NCBI RefSeq assembly: GCF_023343835.1
Contig: NC_064458.1
Coordinates: 4,665,829 to 4,729,828, forward strand
Length of the DNA stretch: 64,000 bases
Reading direction: 5' to 3'
Source of the DNA: Lagopus muta
Taxonomy: Eukaryota
Part shown: positions 15,601 through 30,600 of the stretch, piece by piece
Position numbering within the stretch: the stretch's first letter is position 1
Layout of the letters: each line of letters begins with the position of its first letter
Notes under the pieces: generated by a model
What the model was told of the DNA's origin: nothing
The model's input: only the letters and a program-made list of their open reading frames with translations
Databases searched by the model: none
Translations under genes and position numbers: made by a program

Positions 15601-18600
15601 CAAACTAAAATACCTTTACTCAAACACTTCTCTACCTGCTCCCCCCAAGCAGCACAGGGAGACAGGGAATGGAGCTGTGGTCAGTCCATGATGCTCTATC
15701 TCTACTGCTCCACCTTGGTCACTATCTGCCCCTGCTCCATGTCGGCCCCTCCCATGAATGCCATCCTCCCTGAATTGACCCTGCATGGCCTTCCACAGAC
15801 TGCAGCTTTCCAAGCACTGCTCCAACATGGGGCCCCATGAGTGGCAGCTTGTCCAGCCTCCCTCAAACTTATCACCACGGGTGGCAGCTCCGGCCCAGAG
15901 CTGCTCCTGCTGGGTTCCGTGGGCTGCAGTCTCCTCTAGTCCACATCTACTGCTGCACCGTGGGCTCCTCCATGGCTGTATGTGGAGATCTGCTCCATGC
16001 AGTGCCCGTGGGCTGAAGGGGGACAATGTGATCCACCATGACCTCTCCTGGGCTTCAGGGATCTTCTACTCTGCTTCTGGAGCTCGTCCTGCTCTCCTTC
16101 TGTGCCTACTTCGGTGGCTGCAGAGCTGCTCATCTCTGTTCCTCTTCCCTCTCTTTCAGTAACAGCAGTTTTTCCCTTTCTTCAGTGTGTGTAACAAGCA
16201 TCGCTCACAGCTGAGCTCTGGCAGTAGCAGGTCCCTTTTGGAGCAGCTGGATCTGGATCTAATCCGACAAGGAGCAGCTGCTGGGCTATGCTCACAGAGG
16301 CCACCTCTGCTAACAAAACCTTGCTGTGTAAGCCCAATTGCAACATTACCTTTCATCTCCTTTTTGCAGGCTGTCTTGGCCTTGAAGCAAAAGCTAATAG
16401 CCACTACCAAGGAGTAGGGATTCCAGTCCCACTGGACAGTCCTAGTGCAAACAAGTTAATGCCTTGTCATGGCTGTTTCAGCATGTTTCATATGGCAGTG
16501 GGGCATATGGAGCCCCAGGACATTCAGCAGCAGCTTGAAAGTAAAATAATAGAGGCTAAAGTAAGAATGCAGGCATTCATCTGGATTGTGCAGCCAGCCT
16601 CTTTCCCTAGCAATGGGAAGGAATGTTCTCAGGATCACTTGCCATGGTCTCCGACCTTCTCTGTGCCTGTCTGAGAAATTTGCACATTTCTCAGTAGAGC
16701 TACTCCTGTTGCAGAGATCTAACTCAAGGCCTGTCTCTGCAGGCAGACTTTCTATACAGCTGTTACTGCACCCCAGTGCACTGAAGGAGCAGAAATCTGC
16801 ACTTCTGTCCTAGGAAATCTGGGATATCAGAGTGTATCTGGCTGTGAGACTTCTGCTATCAGTGTGTCACAGAGCAAAACTCTGCAACTGGCCAATGCCC
16901 TACTCTCATTCACCACTTGCATCTCAGCCAGTCTTTTGGCTTCCTTCCCCTCCTGTGAGCTCTCAGAATCCTGCTTATGTGGCAGCTTTTATAAGATGTA
17001 ATTTTGCTGTTCTCAGCAGCCCTCACCTTGAGAGGGATATCACTTCATGGAGCAATTGGAGAATTGAAATCACAGTCATCTGTGTGACCACCCCAAGAGC
17101 ACTAGGTAAAAGTAGAAAGAAATATATTTGACAATGGTAGTGGACACAGATCTTTACAGCACTCTCAGGGTATGTAAAGCACTGTATGTGAGACCTTTAA
17201 GGTGAGTGCATTCATTGAAAGCCTATTGCTTTACTAAGCTATCCTTGATGACACTTTCAGAAGGAATATAGAAAATGATGAACAACTTCTGTGTCGCTCA
17301 GCAAACTCTTTAGGAGCCCAAGGGCAAGAAGGAAGGTAATTGCAGTATTTCTGTGAGTAATCCATTGAATTTACCACAAAAGGAGAATAACTGGTAGGAA
17401 AATGATGTTGCTCATTACACTGGTCATGTTGTTCTCTGATACTGGATAGGAATGCTGAAAGACTTGACAAGATCCAGTGTAGAACTTTAAAAGTTATTTA
17501 AGCTTCAGTAAAACCTTATTGGAGTGACAGATTTAAGGGACTTGGACACTAAAGACAAATGAAATAATTCCAGAAGAAACACCTGTGAGAAGAGACCACA
17601 GTTTGAAACTCTAAACCTGAGACTTTGTCATAAAAATTAAAATGTAAGGTTTTAACATTTAGCATTAATAACCATTTGCTTGCAAGCAGAAGTGAAAGAT
17701 TTTCTGTTACCTGAAATCTCTATGCTAGGAATGGACAGCTTGCTGAAAGATGCCTTAGCTTGAACACACCTGGGCTTGCCCGGAACTTCGGCGATGTTCT
17801 GTGATGGCCCAGACCAGACAGCCCTGGAGCCTTCTGACCCTCAAACCTGAATCTGAACCCCACCTCCTCACCTGTTTTCCAGGGTGAGCTGATCAGTTTA
17901 GCCAAACAATGTGACCTGCCAGTGAGAAAGGTGGAGAGGTGGTTCCGGCGCCGGAGGAACACCGACCGACCGAGCCTGTCGAAGAAGTTCTGTGAGGCCT
18001 GGTGAGCAGGAGCACAAGCTGTGAGCTGCAGGGCCTCTTGCTGGCTCTGAGCTTGGCAAGCATCTTGCTGCCTCCAGCCTGCCTACACTCATCCACAGAG
18101 AGCTTCCTGAACCTTCTCTGCCCCACTTGATTCTTCTGTGGCTCTGCTGCTGCTTACCAGTTCCTGAATTGTTCCTTGCTTCTCCCCTTTATTTTCATCC
18201 CCAAGATTCCTTTTACTCCTATCTCACTTTATGCTTTATAGGATGCCTGTTTTTGACTTCGCAAGACTGACACTCTGCTTTGAAACATAATATCTGAGAA
18301 ATTCAATATTGTTTTGCTTCGTATTGCTTCCTGCTGCTTTGCTACTGCTTCTATGATGCCAGAGCAGCCTACCATTGCCTCTCTGTTTCCCTCCCATTTG
18401 CTTCACTGCAAGCTGATAAATGGAGAAGGCTCAGGGGAGAGCTCATTGCAGCCTTCCAATACTTGAAGAGAGCGTATAAACAGGAGGGGGAATGGCTGTT
18501 TACGAGGGTGGATAGTGATAGGAGAAGGAGGAATGGTTTTAAACTGAGACAGGAGAGGTTTAGGTTGGATATTAGGATGAACTTTTTCATGCAGAAGATG

Positions 18601-21600
18601 GTAACACACTGGAACAGGTTGTCCAAGGAGGTTGTGGATGCCCCATCCCTGGAGACATTCAAGCTCAGGCTGGATGTTGCCCTGGTGGTAGCCCAGTCTG
18701 GTGGTTGGTGACCTTGCACATAGCAGGGGGGTTGAAACTAGATGATTATTGTAGTCCTTTTCAGCCCAGGCCATTCTATGATTCTATCATGATTCTGCTG
18801 CATCTTTCCTGCAGCTATTTTCCACAGTGCTACTTTCAAAAGTCACAGACACTGGGCTAGACTGCATTTTGTTGGCAGCTGACTCTCAACTTCCCTGAAA
18901 GCCAGAAAGTACAATCCTTTTATAATGTCAGGAAAGAGAGCTTGTACAAAAGATTTTCGTGGGAGACACAAGCAGGTCTGGCAAAGGAGGACTATAATTG
19001 GACTTCTCACTTTTTAGTTACTTCAACTAATGCAGATTGAAGTGGTAGCACAGCAATAGTCCCAACAGACTTGTGGTGGCTGCATGCTTGCATGTTCACT
19101 GCTGCCCTTGGAGGTGCTGGTGAGCTGGCCGGGGGCAGCCTGTTGCACAGCTGAGGTCAGAAGCTGTGCAAGTCTTGGAGCTCCATGACTGTCCATCCTT
19201 GTCCCCATGCTTAGACAGGCTTTCTAGGCTGGGATTTCCTCCTTGCCAGAATCTAGATGAATTATCATCAAGGCCATTTTACAGCAAAAAATCAGACTGT
19301 AAAGCCCTTTAGGAAACTGTTCTACACTGATGCCCATACCCCCGTGAGCATGCCCCAGCTATTCCCCAGTCTGTGTCTTTGTGATTCTGTCTCAGGACCC
19401 CACTTGATCCTCATGCTTGTGCAAAGGCTATGAAAATCTCAACCTAAGGTTGTTACAGATGTTAATATCTGAGAGGTTATGCTCTGTAATAGTACGTGGT
19501 AGACCATCACTCAGCAATTGGTTCTACCAATTATATAAAGTTATACTATATATAATTGGAACTATATAACTATAATATAAACTATAATAAACTATGTAAC
19601 GTTCCTGTATGTTGGGTTTGGTGGGAGAAGAAGTGAACCTAGAATACAGAATTGTGGGTAGAGGAATGCCAAGAATGTTTTGGTAAAACTTTAGAAATTA
19701 GCCCTCTTAGAAATGTTAGCTTTGGCTCAGCTTTCCACAAAGGAGGAGAACTCTCCTGAGCTTGGGTGAAATGTCAAACTGCTGAGTGCTTGATCTGCTT
19801 CACTTGTGGAGAACGAGGTTCTTACAGGAAGGCCACAGAGATGAAGGAGAAAATAAATACCTAGTGACATTCGTCTAACTAAAAGTGTATCTGTAGGGTA
19901 GGCATCACCTCTGAGCTGATGACAATCCATTTACTATTCAGACTCTAATTCAGAACTCCTATCTAACCCCCTAATGGAGAAAACAAAACAAAAAGGGTGC
20001 ATATTATTTATTTACAGCATTCCCGATCATTACAGTTAGAAAGATTTACTGCACTGTGGACAAAGAGTTGTAAAACAAACATGCTTAATCTGCTTCTATC
20101 AAGATGAAATCCAAGCTCTCCCTGCACTCAGCTGCCTTGCAGTAAATAGTACCAGTGAACACTAAACAGTAAATAGGTTTCTAACTGAGCCCACTGACTA
20201 TAATGTCTTTCTGCCTGCCCTCTGTTGCTGTTTGCAATCTACACAAAGAATGCCCTTCCAACATGAAATAGTAGCTTATGTCTTTCTTGGAGTCCTGAGT
20301 GTTTCATGGACGAATGGAGTCTTTCAAAACATAAAGCTGCTTCCAATTTGTTACAGAGATGCTTGGTAATTTAAGAGCTGTTATAGGCAGTTTTACCCGT
20401 TTGCAGATTTTCTGTGTTTAGTCTGTTAGCTGCTTGTTTGTTCTGCTGGGATAAAATTTCCCTCATTCCTTACTGTATGTGTAAATATGCACCATGACAC
20501 ATCACTTTCCACTGAACTTCTATTTTATACATATTTTATATGTACATCTCTGTGGGTTTAATGTGGCTAACTCATTAGCAACTCTCACTGAGACCAAACA
20601 TGACAACAGTCATTTGCTTTACATGACAATGAACTTAGCATACCTAATCTTCAAAAGCCTAAGGAGGAGATTGGCACTGTTGGAATTTTACACATGCATC
20701 TGGTTGGGCTGGGAAGGGTTGGTATGATTATCTGGGCCATTTCCAGGTAATCATCCAGAAAATGATTAGCTGGAAAATGATAATCACCTAGATCATTATC
20801 TGGGTGATTTCAACAGCCTTTGTGGCGCCTGTTGAATGTGCTAACATTATACAGAATCTGTTAGGATCTGGGCAAACCTTGAACATTTTGATGTTTTTGC
20901 TTGCTTTAATGGCATCATGTGTGAGTGGGATTAATACACAGAATTGTACCTTCGTGGTTAATGGGTTACTGACATCCTTCTTTCTTTCTTTGTAGCTGGA
21001 GGTTTGCGTTTTACATCGTTTCTTTCTTCACTGGGCTGGCTGTACTGTATGATGTGAGTATAGAAGCAGTGCCACCTTCTGTCCTATCTGGGAAGTGCCT
21101 CAAGAATGGCAGTTTTTGGTGCCAAACCTTTGCTTTCAAACCTTATAGAGATTTTCCCATCAGATATGTCCTCTGCACAGCACACTGTTGAGCTCACAAG
21201 AACAAGGAACCATGCGTACCTTAAGAACTCTAAGGCAAAACCAGGAGATTTCATCTTCCTCTGACACAGCAGTAGATCATTACAATTGTGAGACAGTGTA
21301 GGTGTGAGAGATGGAACATTTATCTGGGACAGAAGCTGCATGGCTTTGTTTGTGTGTTGTGTCCAGTACTGGGTTCGTACTCATTTCTTTTGGAGGGTGG
21401 GCTGCAGTTCAAAAATTTTATGTATGTGTTTTCCTTAGCCAAGAGGTGAGGTGAAGTTCATGTGTCTGCCTTTTCTCTGATCTGATAAATAGTGATTCCT
21501 CTTTATACAGATAGACTAGCTTCAACAAGAGAAGGCTGGGACTTAAATGTTATGGGTTGAATCACTGAGGCAGAGGAGGTAGTGGAAATCATGTCACACA

Positions 21601-24600
21601 CTCTCATCCTGAGTGTGGTCACTGTGCTGGGACGAGGGGCACCTTCCTCCTCTGAGTGTGGGATAAAGTTTCCCCTGGCCCTTGTGCTGAACCCAGTTTC
21701 CTCGGTGAGCTTTGTAAAAGTGTTCTCCCCTGAGACCTTCTGGAGTGGAGAAATCTGCAGATCCTAAGACATGGGTACAGACTGTGCTGAAGCTGCTCAT
21801 TATAATAACTGAAGAACTGTGAAACTCAGAAACTTTCAAGGCAGAATGCAAGGTACCTGATGAGTATGAGGTAGGATGAGCTAACACAGGAATGAAGGTA
21901 TCTAAACCTATACTGTTTTGTAGTTCTTTACATCAAAATAGAAGGCTGTTCTGTGAAGCCAGCTGTGAAAGCTTGGAATGAACGACCTGCTCAGCATAGC
22001 TCAAGATCCCTGTTGTGACAGAAGGAACAAAATCTTGTTCTGCATGTCACCTGCCCATTCTAGAAATGAGACCACCTGCACTTTTCCTGAAAATCTTTTC
22101 TTCATTCATTAGATATCTTCCACACACACACACAAAACTTCTGTGAAACTTTCTTGTTTGTCTAGAAAAACAAGAAAATTTGAAGCTTAAATTCTATAGT
22201 ATTAGCTTTCAGCTGGCTGCACGACCCTCTGCCACATGAGTTAGTGTATTAGAGTTAGTATATCAGCAAGTAACAGTATAACTTTATCTCACAGATTACC
22301 AGAAAAGAGATTTATTTGCTGTTGGTATAGGAATGATAGACTTCAGAGATGTGAGATTCCTTTCTGGGTCCCAGTTGTTTCAGGGTGTTTACTTCAACGT
22401 CTCTGATACTGCATCACACATCTCTGGTTCCTTACTTGTATTTGCTGTGAATCCCACCTTCCACCCAGAAGGAGGCTGTATCTACTCCTACTTACCACTG
22501 CCTCTAATTTGCAGTACTTCCTCCTTCTCTTCTGCATTCTAATGGATTTTCAGGTTCCTCAGGTTGTGAACCTCAACGACACATACAGTGGGAGGGGCAA
22601 TTCCCCTCAGTTCCCACCTTCCAAATCATCCGATTAAGAGCTGTGTGTAGAACAGTCACCAGTAAAGATAAGGCAAAAGAGCTGTTGAATACCCCAGTTT
22701 CTCCTTGTCTGTTGTAAGCAGCCTGCCTGTGTTGCTCTCTAGGGGGCTATGCCCTCCTGGGCTTTTCTTTTCTGGTAGATGTACCTATAGGAGCCTTTCT
22801 TGTCCTTCTGTTGCATTGCTAAGTCCTGTTCCAGTTGCGCCTTCCTGACCCCATCCCCTCACAGCCCAGCAACGTCCCTATACTCCTCGCAGATTACCTG
22901 TCCCTGTTTCCACTGCCTGTGCATTTTCTTCTTGCTCTTCAGTGTGACCAGCAGGTCCCAGCTCAGCCATGCTGGTCTCTTGCATTCCTTTCCTGACATC
23001 CTACACCTGAGGATGCTCTTGTGCCCTAAGTAAGGCTTCCCTAAAGATCTGCCAGCTCTGCTCCACTTCCTTGTCCTCAAGAGCTGATTCTGAAGGGGTT
23101 TGTTGACTAACTCCATGAAGAGCTAGAATGTGGCATTCCTAAAATTAAGTTTCCTGATTTTATTCTTTGTCCAATATCAATCAAGACTGTGAGCTCCACT
23201 GTTACATGGTCACTGCAGCCAAGCAGCCTCCAATTCTGATGTTACCAATCAGTTCACTCCAGTTAGTGAACAATAGGTCCAGCATTGCATTCCTCCTGAT
23301 AGAGCTGTCTGTTATGTGGCTCAGGAAGTTGTCCTTGATGCATTCCAGGAGCCTCCTGGATTGCCTACAGCTCACTGTGCTACTTTTCCCGCAGATGTCC
23401 AGGTGGTTGAGGTCCCCCAGCAGGATGAGAGTCTGCAGTCTCCTGTAGCTGGAGGAAGAAGGCTTCATCAACAGGCTCCACTTGCTCAGGCAGCCTGTAG
23501 TAGATGCCAGTCACAAGGCTCCCTTTGTTGCCTCAGTCTGTAACTCTCACCCAAAGGCTATTGACTTGCTTATGGTCATTCTTCAGGGACAGCTCTTCAC
23601 ACTCTATTCCTTCCTATATGTAGGGGGCAATGTGTCCTACCCTCCTTCCTCGCCTGTCCCTTCTGAACAGCTTGTAGCTGTCAGTAGCCACATTCCAGTA
23701 GTAGGAATTATCCCTCTGGTTTCAATGACAACAACTACATCATGATTTTCCAGTGGCATGGTGGCTTCCAACTTCTGTTTTGTTTCCCAAGCTGCATGCA
23801 TTGGTATAGAGGCAGTTTAGCGGCAGTTGGTGTTGTCACCTTGGAGAACAGCTCCTTAATTCCTTTGAATTTTTTACCCTGAGTCTCCTTCTTGCCTTCA
23901 TCATCATAAGATGCAGCAGGTTAAGGGCCTCCGCTAGCACCTTGTCCTGCTAACTGAGCTATGTCATCCCACACCTTGTCGTGGGCAGGCTTGCTGTCAC
24001 CCCTTTCTCCCTTCAAACCTAGTGTAAAGCCATGTCAAACTACAAGCTTTAAACTTCAGTTTTCTTTGAAGTGTAAACAAAGCAGTATCTTTTCAGAGGT
24101 TTGTTACTTAGCAGCCTGCAGCATGATCCTTGCCATTTGAAGGAAAAACATGTTCCTGGCAGGGGTGTGTGGCCTGCAATACTTAACAATACTTAACAGC
24201 TTACCAGCTCTTTTTGTAATAACATGAAGCAAATCTGTGATAGCCAACAAGAGATTTAGGTAGCTTATAAGAAAAGACTTTCTCTGGCTTCCTGTCATTC
24301 ATGTTGCATTTTCTTTCCAGAAGCCTTGGCTTTGGGACCATAGAGAGTGCTGGACAGGTTACCCACAACAGGTAAGTCATCTAGGACTGAAAATTGCTGT
24401 TATAAATTGTGTATTGTCTCTGTATCTCTTTTCAACATCAGATTATAGATAAAAGAGAGAGCACTGAATAAAATTCAGATTGATGAGCCTTAAGAATTCA
24501 AAACCAGGTCCTTGTCAGTAGATAACATCTTAATATCTGTCTTAATCTAAACACAATAGAGGAGAAGTCAGTATAACAGAAGGAGACTTACAGAAGGAAA

Positions 24601-27600
24601 GGAAAGTGAGACTTTGGACCAGGTAAGCGAAGAACTGAAAAATAAGCGTGCTCCTTGTTTACTTAATGGAGGAGACTGAGGCTTAGGACACTTTGCCAAA
24701 GGAGGAGAAAACTTCAGTGGAGAGCATACAGAGCAGAGGACATGCTCTGAGACGTGTAATCCTTCCACTACACCAAAGAATCATGTCCACAGTGCTCCCC
24801 ATGAGCTTGTTTCCCAGAGGAACTGGCACCATGGCCAGTAGCAACACAGCATCATTTCCTTTAATTTTGTAGGATGTTATTTTACAGTTCTCCAATGTAT
24901 GTTCTGTGTTTGTTTGTTTTTTCCCACAACAGCACTGTGAGAAGCTGTCCAGAGGGCTGGAGATCTCCAGCATCTCCTATCAGCTAAAGGATCACAAAAA
25001 AACGAATATATTCTTGCCCATCTGCCTCCCCAGCTATTCATACTTCATAAGTTGACAAGTTAGGATGGGGCTTCACCCACTGAGCGCACGAACCACTGAC
25101 TGTTCCACCTTTTTTCTTTATGTTTTTATGACTGTTATATAGCAGCAGCCTTCTTAAATACAGGCTTGATTAGCATTATGAATCAATTAGTGAGACACCT
25201 GGGTATCATTTCATTCCTTCTCCAAGAGTGAACCATTTTTGGTTTGCTGCAGGACTGTGTCCTTGTCAGTGAAAGGCAAGAATCGTTGGTCGTCACAGAG
25301 CTGACAAAGCCTTTGCAAGCTAAACGAATCCCACAGGCTTCATCTGGGAAATATTTTCAGAGTATTGTGGCAAAACTAGAGGAGTCTGAACTCATGTCAG
25401 AGCTAAGAAGAGCAAAGGGAAAAGGGAGCACTTTCCACTGTGTAAGTGACCGAGTGCTGGAACCCCCACATATGATTCTATGATTCTAACCCTCTGCCCA
25501 GAGGGCTCTAATTAACTGAATGCAGTGCTGCTCTGCTCTGGGTGGCCCTGCTTGAGCAGGGGTTGGTCCAGGTGGCCTCCAGATGGGCCAACCTCAGCCA
25601 TTCTGTGATTCTGTGAAAAATAGTTCAGTATCTTTAGTTAAGTTACTTCTTCCTGAGCAGATGAAATCTGCCTTTTATGTCAGATACCAAAGGAGTGTGT
25701 TGCCCTACAAGGGAAACCAACTGGGAGAAAAGGTTGACAGCAGCAGTCAGCGTCAAGAGGAAAAGCACAAGAGCGGATACAGATGGGATCAGCTGAGTGC
25801 TCAGGTCACCAGGCAAGTCTGCAGGTAGAGGATAAGTCTAAAATGGAGTGTGTGGATCCAGGAGAGTAAAGTACATCAGCACACACAATGTACCTCTAGC
25901 ATAGTTCAAGCAAGAACGGACACAAAGGTTGGAATTGAAACACAGCTCCTGAGCCGAGAGAGGAGGGCCCCGATGAGGTACTGACTGCTCTTTCTCACAC
26001 AGCTCATTCACAGCTCTTGTGATTTGAGGGGAAACAGATGGGCCCTCTGAGAAACTGATCTTGACCACAGGCAGCTAAACCCCCTCAGAGGAATCCTTTG
26101 CAGAGTCTGCTGGTATGCTCAGAGTTCTGACAGTGCAATTCAGAGCTCAGTGAAGGAGGCAAAAAGGCTGCTATTGACTTGGTAGACTTTGATTCCCTTC
26201 AGCATTTGCTCATTGCAATCCAAAGGCTGTGAAGTGTTTCTGGCAGGATAATAATTTCCACTGGTATCGTGCAGGGAGTTCCCATGCATAGGGTTTTACA
26301 ATGCAAGAACATCCTGGGTGAGAAGTAAGTTCTTCATTAATTGAAGGAAAGGTTGAAGTACAGTTTGATTCCAGCAGCAAGACAAAGTGAGACAAGCCCT
26401 GCTTGTGCTGCAGGGCTGCTTGGTCTGGCAGTCAGAGTTAGAGCAATTGAATGTCCATTGAGATTTGCTAACCTGTAAAGGGAAATACAGTGCATAGGGT
26501 TAAGCACAGAAGCAATGATGGGGCATATGAGTGAGGAGTGAGGTACTATCTTTCAGACCAAGCCTCCAAATATCTTTTGTCACCCAAAGGCAGAAATTTT
26601 AAGGGTGAATTTGTGCAAACAGGTGGTGTATGAATAGGACTCTACGGATCCTCATTTTCTCTTCTGTACATTTGCAGTACATGTATTTTCCAGAAAAATT
26701 TAAACCCTCATAACAGAACTCTTTCTAACAGCTGTAATAAATAGAAAAGACCAAAACCAGATCTGGTAACATTCCACTGGAAAAGAGTAGGAAGGGTCAA
26801 GAACATACCTGTGTCCTAACAGGAACAAAGAATATTCTAAATATAATTTCTGTTAAACAAACCATGCTCTGTGGTACAGACAAGGGCAAAAGAAGCATCT
26901 GTTCTCCCAAATCTCTTCTCCCAAAATGAATGCCTTCTGATCCAGAGCTCCCAACAGAAAAATTACTGCTTAATTTGCACACACCTTGCTAATTGCGTTG
27001 GAGCTTTTAGTCTTCCACATGTAAAACCCCAGAAAAAATTACTCAGAAGAATGTAGATGAGTGTTCACGCTCTATGATCTCCTGTTCACACACAGGAGCA
27101 CTGTACCTTTGCCGGATAATTTGATTAGACTGAAAAATCTGTGACAGAGTCCAAGAAATCTGAAGCGTCTCCCTGAACGCTGTCAAAGGGAATGATTTAT
27201 TCAAGTCCTAATCTGCTCCACTGCAGTGAAACAGTATATAGAGTTTGCTAAGGTCTGCAGTGACAGCTCAGGAATTCACACAGTGCTGAAGAGAGCAAAG
27301 ACTTTCTGCAACTTCCCCCAGTTCCCCAATATTCCTCATGGTAATGCAAAGTAGAGTGTCCCCTGCTGTTTGTTTCTACCTCAGCACAGCTGATGTTTGT
27401 TTAGTGACTAGATTGTTCTGTTGATTTTTGTCCCCCCTGATGCTGCAGGAACCAGATCTTTTCATGGTGGTGATCTCATGGGTTGTTTTTTCTTTTGGTT
27501 TTTTTTTTTTTTTTTTTTGCATAGAGAGGAGCTGTGGTTTCCATCTCTCTCTCTGCTTTATCTGATGGGTATATCACTGTCTCTCCCTTGGTGTTGCAGC

Positions 27601-30600
27601 CTCTCCAGCCCACTCTGTTCTGGTACTACATGCTGGAGCTTTCCTTCTACTGCTCACTGGTCTTCACCTTGCCCTTTGATGTGAAGAGGAAGGTGAGTGA
27701 CAGCACCAGGGAAGAGTCAAGCGTAAAGAGAATGCAAGCTTAAAGCTCGGGAGAGTGTTCAAGAGTGTGTAGCACCTACAGTGCCGGTCTGATGTTCTGT
27801 GGCACTCTGGCCTTGCACATTGCCAGGAGTTTCCATTCCCAGTCACTCACTTCCCTTTCCTCTGGGAGGTGGGGAATGCCAACCCTGGCATGGGAAGGTG
27901 TGAGCTGCTACATGGGATGCGATAGACACACGAGAGGGATGGGATGCCATCCAGAGGGACCTAGACAGACTTGAGCAGTGGGTGTGGGAGAACCTCACGA
28001 GGTTCAACAAAGTTAAGTGCAAGGCCTCGTACCCAGGTCAAGGCAACCCCCACTGACAATACGAGCTGGGGATATAAGGATAGAGCACAGTCCTGCCAAA
28101 AAGTACTTGGGAGTACTGGTGAACAGGAAGCTGGGCGTGAGCCAGCAATGTGCCCAGAAAGCCAACCGTATCCTGGGCTGCATCAAAAGCAGTGTGGTCT
28201 GCAGGGTGAGGGGGGTTCCCCTGCCCCTCTGCTCAGTACTGTAGATTTGCCTAGAGCACTGTGTCCAGGTGGGGAGGATTCAGTACAGGAGAGACATGGA
28301 GCTGTTGGAGCGCATCCAGAGGGGGGCCACAAAAATGATCCCAGGGCCAGAGCACCTCTCCTATGAGGACATGCTGAGAGCTGGGGCTGTGCAGCCTGGA
28401 GAAGGAAAGGCTCTGAGGAGATCTGAAGCGGCCTTTCAGTATCTAAAGAAAAACTACAGGAAAGAAGGGGACAGATTTTTTAGCAGAGTGTATGGTCATA
28501 GAACAACGGGAAATGGTTTCAAGCTAAAAGAGGGGAGATTTAGATTGGATATAAGGAAAATGTCTTTAACAGTGAGGGTGACGAGGCACTGGCACAGGTT
28601 GCCCATGGATGTGGTAGATGTCTGTCATTGGAGATGCTCAGAATCAGGCTGGACAAGACTGAGCAACCTGATATCTAGCTGTGGATGTCCTTGTTTACTG
28701 CAGGGGAGATGGACTAGATGACCTTCAGAGGTCCCTTCCAACTCCAAGGTTTCTATGATTCTATTATTCTGAGACATTACAGTGAGAGGTTTTTTGAGAG
28801 ATTTTATCGCTTCCTGCAGGAGACATGCTCTAACTGAGACAGAAGGTACACCGTGTGTTTTATTTCTCCTGTCCCCTTTTTCTTCAGGACTTCAAGGAGC
28901 AGATAGTCCATCATGCTGCAACCATCTTCCTGATCAGTTTCTCATATTGTGCCAATTACATCCGCATTGGGACACTGGTGATGGTGATTCATGATGCTTC
29001 TGATTGCTTCCTAGAGGTGAGCTCCAAGGTTATTTGCCAGGTAAAACCTAGCTGGCAGCGATGCTCCTCAGCCAAATGCTGTCTTTTGATCTAATGCAGT
29101 AAGGGCCAAGCATTATTCCACTGATAACTCATTGCTGATCTCTTGACCTAGCTTAAGGTGCCCTACAGAGGAGAGATGATTACCTGCATGTGGATAGTAT
29201 TATATCTGGTTTATTAGCTTCTTGGAGCATGTGCAGATGCAGTGTCTAGGCCTGCTTTGTTTTATTGTTCTTTCTCCTTCCAGCCAACTAAGATATTCAA
29301 TTACATGAAGTGGAAAAAAACCTGTGACAGCCTCTTTATGATCTTCTCAGCTGTCTTCCTCATCAGCCGCCTGGTCATTTTCCCCTACACGTGAGTCTGC
29401 TGCAGTCAAGGAAAATTAAAAAACTGCCTTCTCAGAGGCAGGATAATTCAGCTGTGGACTGAATCTTTTGCTACAGCCTTTGCTTTTCAATCCTTGAGCT
29501 CATGTCTCTGATATCTGTGTAGATTACAGTGTCATATGGCTGTTGCACCTGCCTTGGGGTAAACAAGGGTGGTCTGCTTTGCAGTTTGTAGAGGAGTCAT
29601 AAAGACCCGATGTATACTGCAGAAGAGTCCTTGTCTTTTGGCTCTACTCTGTTTCCAGTGGGAAACTCACATGTTATATGGAAGAAGGAAATGACTGACC
29701 TGAAACTTCCTCTATGACAAAGAGCTTTTGGGGGCTTACAGCCCTGCTAAGAACATGAGTACCCTTCAGTGCAATTCTTTCTCTCTTGCAGAGTGCTCTA
29801 TAACACCTACTACTACTCCATGGAGATATTCCAGCCCTTCTTTGGATACTACTTTGTGAATGCTCTCCTGATAACTCTACAGTTGCTTCACATCTTCTGG
29901 TCCTGCCTCATTATTCATATGGTCTACAAGTTCATGCTCCAGGGCACGGTAGGAATCAGCTTGTAGTCCCTTGTGCATCACACGGGGAGGGAGGGTGCCC
30001 TAAAGCTACTTGGGAACATAGAAGTTTATTTGGGATTGATTCTTTCTTGTACTAATGTAATTACATATGTAGACTCCTATCCATGTGGCAAAAGGGGCAC
30101 TCAGTAGGCGTAATCCATTCAAGATCGCAGCTAGGTATTGCCTGTTTGTCTCTATCAGTCATAGAGCAGTGTTCCATGCCTGAGATGCAGCTGCATAAAC
30201 TTTAGTGAAATGCATCCCATTCTTTCTGACTACAGCATGTGGCATCTGCTGTGAAACCAAACTGCTGCTCAGCATGAAATTCTTCTCAGAATCAAAGACA
30301 TGACCTCAAGTCATCAGGTTGGCCATCTGCCAAGGACACAGTCTAGGAGAAACGAGTTCGTGCTCTGTGGGAGTTGACCTCATACCCTGGGATGAGTTGT
30401 TTTCTTACCCTCCAACTGGGGAATTCTATAACTTCCTGAAGGGAGGCTGTAGTGAGCTGGGGGTCGGCCTCTTCTCTCGTGTCATAGGAGAGAGTCTTGT
30501 GTCATGTCATGATAGGACCAGAGGGAATGGTTTCAAGCTACGGCAGGGGCGATTCAGGCTGGACATCAGGAAGTATTACTTTTCGGAAAGGGTGGTCAGG

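Noticed and set aside
28017-28721. ORFs with reverse-transcriptase-like translations (also 18463-18711, 30319-30678, 39313-39830, 49220-49807, 23202-23471)
   Set aside because: They are fragments of CR1 LINE ORF2. They are truncated, carry frameshifts and are mostly intronic, so they are not host genes.
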